A stretch of 64,000 nt of DNA, taken from NCBI GenBank assembly GCA_039933105.1, contig JBDTOT010000002.1:26058-90057 (forward strand). Reading direction: 5' to 3'. Origin of the DNA: Gammaproteobacteria bacterium (lineage in GTDB: Bacteria; Pseudomonadota; Gammaproteobacteria; Steroidobacterales; Rariloculaceae). Shown one piece after another: positions 60,331-64,000 of this stretch. The position numbers and the translations under genes are program-made. Below the pieces are notes generated by a model. It was not told where the DNA came from. It did no database searches and saw nothing but the letters and a program-made list of their open reading frames with translations. Each line of letters begins with the position of its first letter. Positions within the stretch are counted from its first letter, which is position 1.

Positions 60331-60501
60331 TTAGCGCGGGCCCTCGATCCCGGTGTAGATCATGAAGCCCACGTAGAAAGCCAACGCGAGCAGGCCGAGA
60401 ACCCAGCCGTTGCGGCGCGCACGCGCTGCACGCAGCGCGTCGTCTGCGGCGGCGCGGGTCGCGTCCGCGTTCGCAGGATTGCGCGGCGTTCCCGTGCTCA
60501 T
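60331..60501 (-). CDS. 56-aa small membrane protein (cytochrome oxidase small assembly-type protein)
   Basis: MSTGTPRNPANADATRAAADDALRAARARRNGWVLGLLALAFYVGFMIYTGIEGPR*. ATGA overlap with the coxA stop. It is not in the ORF track because it is under 60 aa. Confidence 0.6.
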   Translation of the reverse strand: MSTGTPRNPANADATRAAADDALRAARARRNGWVLGLLALAFYVGFMIYTGIEGPR

Positions 60502-62099
60502 TTAACGACCGGCGGCTCGTCGAACGTGTGATGCGGGGCCGGCGACGGCACCGTCCATTCGAGACCATGCGCACCTTCCCACACCTGCGCGGAAGCCTTC
60601 GGGCCGCCGCGTGCGCACTTGACGATGACGTACACGAACAACAGTTGCGACAGGCCGAGCCCGAAGGCGCCGATGCTCGAAATCATGTTGAAGTCGGTGA
60701 ATTGAGTCGCGTAGTCCGGGATACGGCGCGGCATGCCGGCTAACCCCAGGAAGTGCTGCGGGAAGAACGTCACGTTGACGAAGATCGTCGTGAGCCAGAA
60801 ATGCGTTTTCCCGAGCGTCTCGTCGTACATGTGGCCCGTCATCTTCGGCAGCCAGTAGTACGTGCCCGCGAACACGCCGAACAGCGCGCCCGGCACGAGC
60901 ACGTAGTGGAAGTGCGCGACCACGAAATACGTGTCGTGGTACTGGATGTCGGCAGGCACCATCGCGAGCATCAGGCCCGAGAAGCCGCCGAGCGTGAACA
61001 GGAACAGGAACGCGAGCGCGTAGAGCATCGGCGTTTCGAAACTGAGCGAGCCCTTCCACAGCGTCGCGGTCCAGTTGAACACTTTCACGCCCGTGGGAAT
61101 CGCGATCAGCATGGTGCTCAGCATGAAGAACAACTGGCCGCCGAGCGGCATGCCTACGGTGAACATGTGATGCGCCCACACCACGAGCGACAGGAACGCG
61201 ATGCTGGCCGTCGCGTACACCATCGCGGCGTAGCCGAACAGCGGCTTGCGCGCGAACGTCGGAATGATCTCCGAGACGATGCCGAAGGCCGGCAGGATGA
61301 TGATGTAGACCTCGGGGTGACCGAAGAACCAGAAGATGTGCTGGAACAGCACGGGGTCGCCGCCGCCGGCCGCCGAGAAGAAGCTGGTGCCGAAAAATCG
61401 GTCCGTGATCAGCATCGTGACGCCGCCCGCGAGCACGGGCATCGCAAGCAACAGCAGATACGCGGTGATGAGCCAGGTCCATGTGAACATCGGCATCTTG
61501 AGCAAGGTCATGCCTGGCGCGCGCATGTTCATGATCGTGACGATGATGTTGATGGCCGCCAGGATCGACGACACGCCGAGCAAGTGGATGGCGAACATCG
61601 CGAACGGGAATGCGTCGCCTGTCTGCAGCACGAGCGGCGGATATAGCGTCCAGCCGCCGGCGGGGCCGCCGCCGGGCATGAACAGCGTCATCAGCAGCAT
61701 GATGCCGGCGAAGGGCAGCAGCCAGAACGACCAGTTGTTCAAACGCGGCAGCGCCATGTCCGGCGCACCGATCTGCAACGGGATGAACCAGTTCGCGAAG
61801 CCCGCGAACGCCGGCATGATCATGCCGAACACCATGATCAGCGCGTGCACGGTGGTCATGGAGTTGAAGAAGCTCGGGTTGAAGAACTGCAGCCCCGGCT
61901 GGAATAGTTCGAGGCGAATCAACATCGCCATTCCGCCGCCGATGAACAGCATCACCAGGCTGAAGCACATGTACAGCGTGCCGATTTCCTTATGATTCGT
62001 GGTCGTGATCCAGCGCATGATGCCGCGCGGCCCGTGGTGCGCGTCGTGTTGATCGTGCGCGTGGCCGTGGCCGTGCGTGTCGACTGCGGTGCTGCTCAT
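60498..62099 (-). CDS. coxA: cytochrome c oxidase subunit I (aa3-type)
   Basis: Start MSSTAVDTHGHGHAHDQHD..., with TTNHKEIGTLY, FFGHPEVYI and WAHHMF. Confidence 0.95.
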   Translation of the reverse strand: MSSTAVDTHGHGHAHDQHDAHHGPRGIMRWITTTNHKEIGTLYMCFSLVMLFIGGGMAMLIRLELFQPGLQFFNPSFFNSMTTVHALIMVFGMIMPAFAGFANWFIPLQIGAPDMALPRLNNWSFWLLPFAGIMLLMTLFMPGGGPAGGWTLYPPLVLQTGDAFPFAMFAIHLLGVSSILAAINIIVTIMNMRAPGMTLLKMPMFTWTWLITAYLLLLAMPVLAGGVTMLITDRFFGTSFFSAAGGGDPVLFQHIFWFFGHPEVYIIILPAFGIVSEIIPTFARKPLFGYAAMVYATASIAFLSLVVWAHHMFTVGMPLGGQLFFMLSTMLIAIPTGVKVFNWTATLWKGSLSFETPMLYALAFLFLFTLGGFSGLMLAMVPADIQYHDTYFVVAHFHYVLVPGALFGVFAGTYYWLPKMTGHMYDETLGKTHFWLTTIFVNVTFFPQHFLGLAGMPRRIPDYATQFTDFNMISSIGAFGLGLSQLLFVYVIVKCARGGPKASAQVWEGAHGLEWTVPSPAPHHTFDEPPVVK

Positions 62100-62151
62100 G
62101 CCAAATCTTCCTTGTTGCCGTTTGCGCGTCCGAGCGCGTCGAGAGTCGAAA

Positions 62152-62973
62152 CTACTGTGCCTGTGCCAGCGAGCTCGTCTGAGTTCGCTGCGAGCTGAGC
62201 CAGGTGTTGTACTCGTCACGGCTCGTGACGCGCACGACAATCGGCATGAATCCGTGGTCCATGCCACAGAGTTCCGCGCATTGGCCACGATAGACGCCTT
62301 CGGTCTCGGCATTGAACCAGGCTTCGTTGATGTAACCCGGGATCGCGTCCTGCTTCACGCCGAACGCCGGCATCCACCATGCGTGCAGCACGTCGGAAGC
62401 CGTCACGAGCAGACGGACCTTGGTGTTGACCGGAACGACGAGCGCATTGTCGACGTCGAGCAGGTAGTGCTCGACGGTATTGGGATCAATCCCGGAACCC
62501 AACTTGCGAGCCGCATTGGAGTCACGCTTCAGCGTGCTGAAGAACCGCACCCCGTCGTCGATGTAGTCGTATTGCCAACGCCACTGGAAGCCCGTCACCT
62601 TGATCGTGAGCTCCGAGCCGCGAGTGTCCTGCATGCGGATTAGCGTCCGCGCCGCAGGAATGGCCATGAGCACCAGGATCAGGGCGGGAATCACGGTCCA
62701 GATGACTTCGACCGTGTAGCTGTGCGTGAACTTCGCGGGCACCGCGCCCTTCGACTTCCGGAACTTCAGGATCGAGTAGACCATCACGCCATAGACGCCG
62801 ACGCCGATCACGACGCAGATCCATAGCGTCAGCATGTGCAAGTCGTAGATCTCGCGGCTCATTGCCGTGACGCCGGGGGTCATGTTCAAGGCGAGATCGG
62901 ACCAGGCGGGGCCGGCCGAGGCGAGGCCGGAAATAGCCAACGCGCGGGGTAAGAAACGCTTCCTGTTCTTCAT
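62152..62973 (-). CDS. coxB: cytochrome c oxidase subunit II (aa3-type, no fused cytochrome c)
   Basis: Start MKNRKRFLP, signal plus two TM helices, DVLHAWWMPAFG and CuA motif CAELCGMDHGFM. Confidence 0.9.
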   Translation of the reverse strand: MKNRKRFLPRALAISGLASAGPAWSDLALNMTPGVTAMSREIYDLHMLTLWICVVIGVGVYGVMVYSILKFRKSKGAVPAKFTHSYTVEVIWTVIPALILVLMAIPAARTLIRMQDTRGSELTIKVTGFQWRWQYDYIDDGVRFFSTLKRDSNAARKLGSGIDPNTVEHYLLDVDNALVVPVNTKVRLLVTASDVLHAWWMPAFGVKQDAIPGYINEAWFNAETEGVYRGQCAELCGMDHGFMPIVVRVTSRDEYNTWLSSQRTQTSSLAQAQ

Positions 62974-63074
62974 GCGTCCTGCAATTTTGATGTGTGCGCG
63001 CCAAGCGCCGACGCGGGCGGCGCGAATTCTAGCAGAAACCGCCCGAAATCCAGGTGGCATCGACGGAAAACAGC

Positions 63075-63953
63075 CTACGTATTTTCCGACATTCGGCCGA
63101 TGCGCTCGATCGGCACCCCGATTTCCGTGACCGCGCCCGCCTGCCGGCGCGTTTGGACCGGCCCCCGCCCGAAGGCCTGGCCGAAAATCAGCTCCACCGT
63201 GACGGCGAACCGCTCGCCCCGCCGTGGTGAGAGCGCGTGCTCGAAGCGCGACCAGCGGCCACGCCCCGTGAGAGCTCGCCGTCGCCCGCCTGCCGCGTTA
63301 CAGGCCGCGACGGCCTTGAGATCGCGCCATAACGCAGCCGGCTCGGCATACGTCACCGTCAAGCGATCCGTGTCGAGTACGGGCTCCGCAAGCCCGGCTC
63401 GCATCGCAAGATCACCGAGATCGTGCATATCGAACGCGGCGTGCACGTGAATACCGCTATCGACAGCGGCGAACGCGCGACGAATCTCGGCCAACGAGTC
63501 GGGGCCGAGTGTCGCGAACAGCAACACCCCGCCGGGCACCAGCACGCGCCCCGCTTCCGCGAACGCCACGTCGGGCCGGCACCAGGGCAGCACGAGGTTC
63601 GCGAACACCAAATCGACGCTATGCGAGCGCAGGGGCAGCCGCTCCGCGTCACCGCCGATCGCGACGATGCCCCGGCCATGCGCGAGCGTGTCGCGCAACA
63701 TCCGGGCGCTCGGATCAATCGCGAGCACGCGCGCGTCCGGATACCGGGTGGCCAATGCCGCTGCCCCCTTGCCCGTAGCGCAGCCCAAGTCCACGAACAC
63801 GCGCGGAATGAGGTTCACGAGATCGAGCCTCTCGAGCAATCGCTCGCGGGCGGCATCGTGAATGAAGCACGCGCTGTCGAAATCCGCGGCGCGATCGAAC
63901 GCGCGGCGCGCCGCACGTTTGTCCGGCAACGCCTGTTCGATGCTGATGCTCAT
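63075..63953 (-). CDS. bioC: class I SAM-dependent methyltransferase, BioC-like
   Basis: VFVDLGCATGKGAAAL, DLVFANLVLPW and VLLFATLGPDSL. Confidence 0.55.
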   Translation of the reverse strand: MSISIEQALPDKRAARRAFDRAADFDSACFIHDAARERLLERLDLVNLIPRVFVDLGCATGKGAAALATRYPDARVLAIDPSARMLRDTLAHGRGIVAIGGDAERLPLRSHSVDLVFANLVLPWCRPDVAFAEAGRVLVPGGVLLFATLGPDSLAEIRRAFAAVDSGIHVHAAFDMHDLGDLAMRAGLAEPVLDTDRLTVTYAEPAALWRDLKAVAACNAAGGRRRALTGRGRWSRFEHALSPRRGERFAVTVELIFGQAFGRGPVQTRRQAGAVTEIGVPIERIGRMSENT

Positions 63954-64000
63954 GACGAGCGGAGCGCACGCGCCGCGCTAAGCGCCGGGCGGCTGCATTC
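63950..64000 (-). CDS. 3' end of an unidentified gene running off the window
   Basis: Open frame ...ECSRPALSAARALRSS* whose TGA overlaps the bioC-like ATG (ATGA). Confidence 0.3.
   Translation of the reverse strand, partial: ECSRPALSAARALRSS

Overview
High-GC proteobacterial chromosomal segment, probably beta- or gammaproteobacterial judging from gene content and the order of the aa3 oxidase locus. It has three parts.

(1) 1-9.8 kb. This holds an alternative haem-copper oxidase operon: subunit II fused to two cytochrome c domains, subunit I, two subunit-III-like genes, a subunit IV family gene and a His-rich small membrane protein. A TPR gene follows. Next is a tightly packed five-gene operon of signal-peptide proteins with no assigned function: DUF6152, three paralogous secreted proteins, and an MBL-fold protein with a degenerate metal motif.

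(2) about 9.8-39.2 kb. This is an accessory-looking block bounded by a 32-bp direct repeat (30/32 identical). It mixes intact genes with an unusual density of truncated or frameshifted gene remnants, two copies of an IS91-family transposase 3' remnant, an inverted duplicate of a gene 3' end, and a deletion-riddled patchwork copy of another part of the block. The intact genes are a PAS protein, a CheB-CheR fusion, a P-type ATPase, small stress proteins, OmpA, an esterase, a second DUF6152 fusion, a TonB-dependent receptor, a sulfotransferase and a GntR-ABC module.

(3) 39.2-64 kb. This is core-like: IorAB-type molybdo-oxidoreductase, LysR, AhpD-like, PNPOx-like, GNAT, a GT4-GH130 pair, a fused MFS/spermidine-synthase-like gene, trkA, uvrD, and a complete aa3 cytochrome c oxidase locus with assembly genes (cyoE, ctaA, SURF1, ctaG, small proteins), then a bioC-like gene.

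I found no rRNA, convincing tRNA or CRISPR array. The best candidate for something undescribed is the periplasmic DUF6152/paralog family, with four intact members and one remnant in this window. All functional calls rest on motif and family recognition by eye, not on searches.
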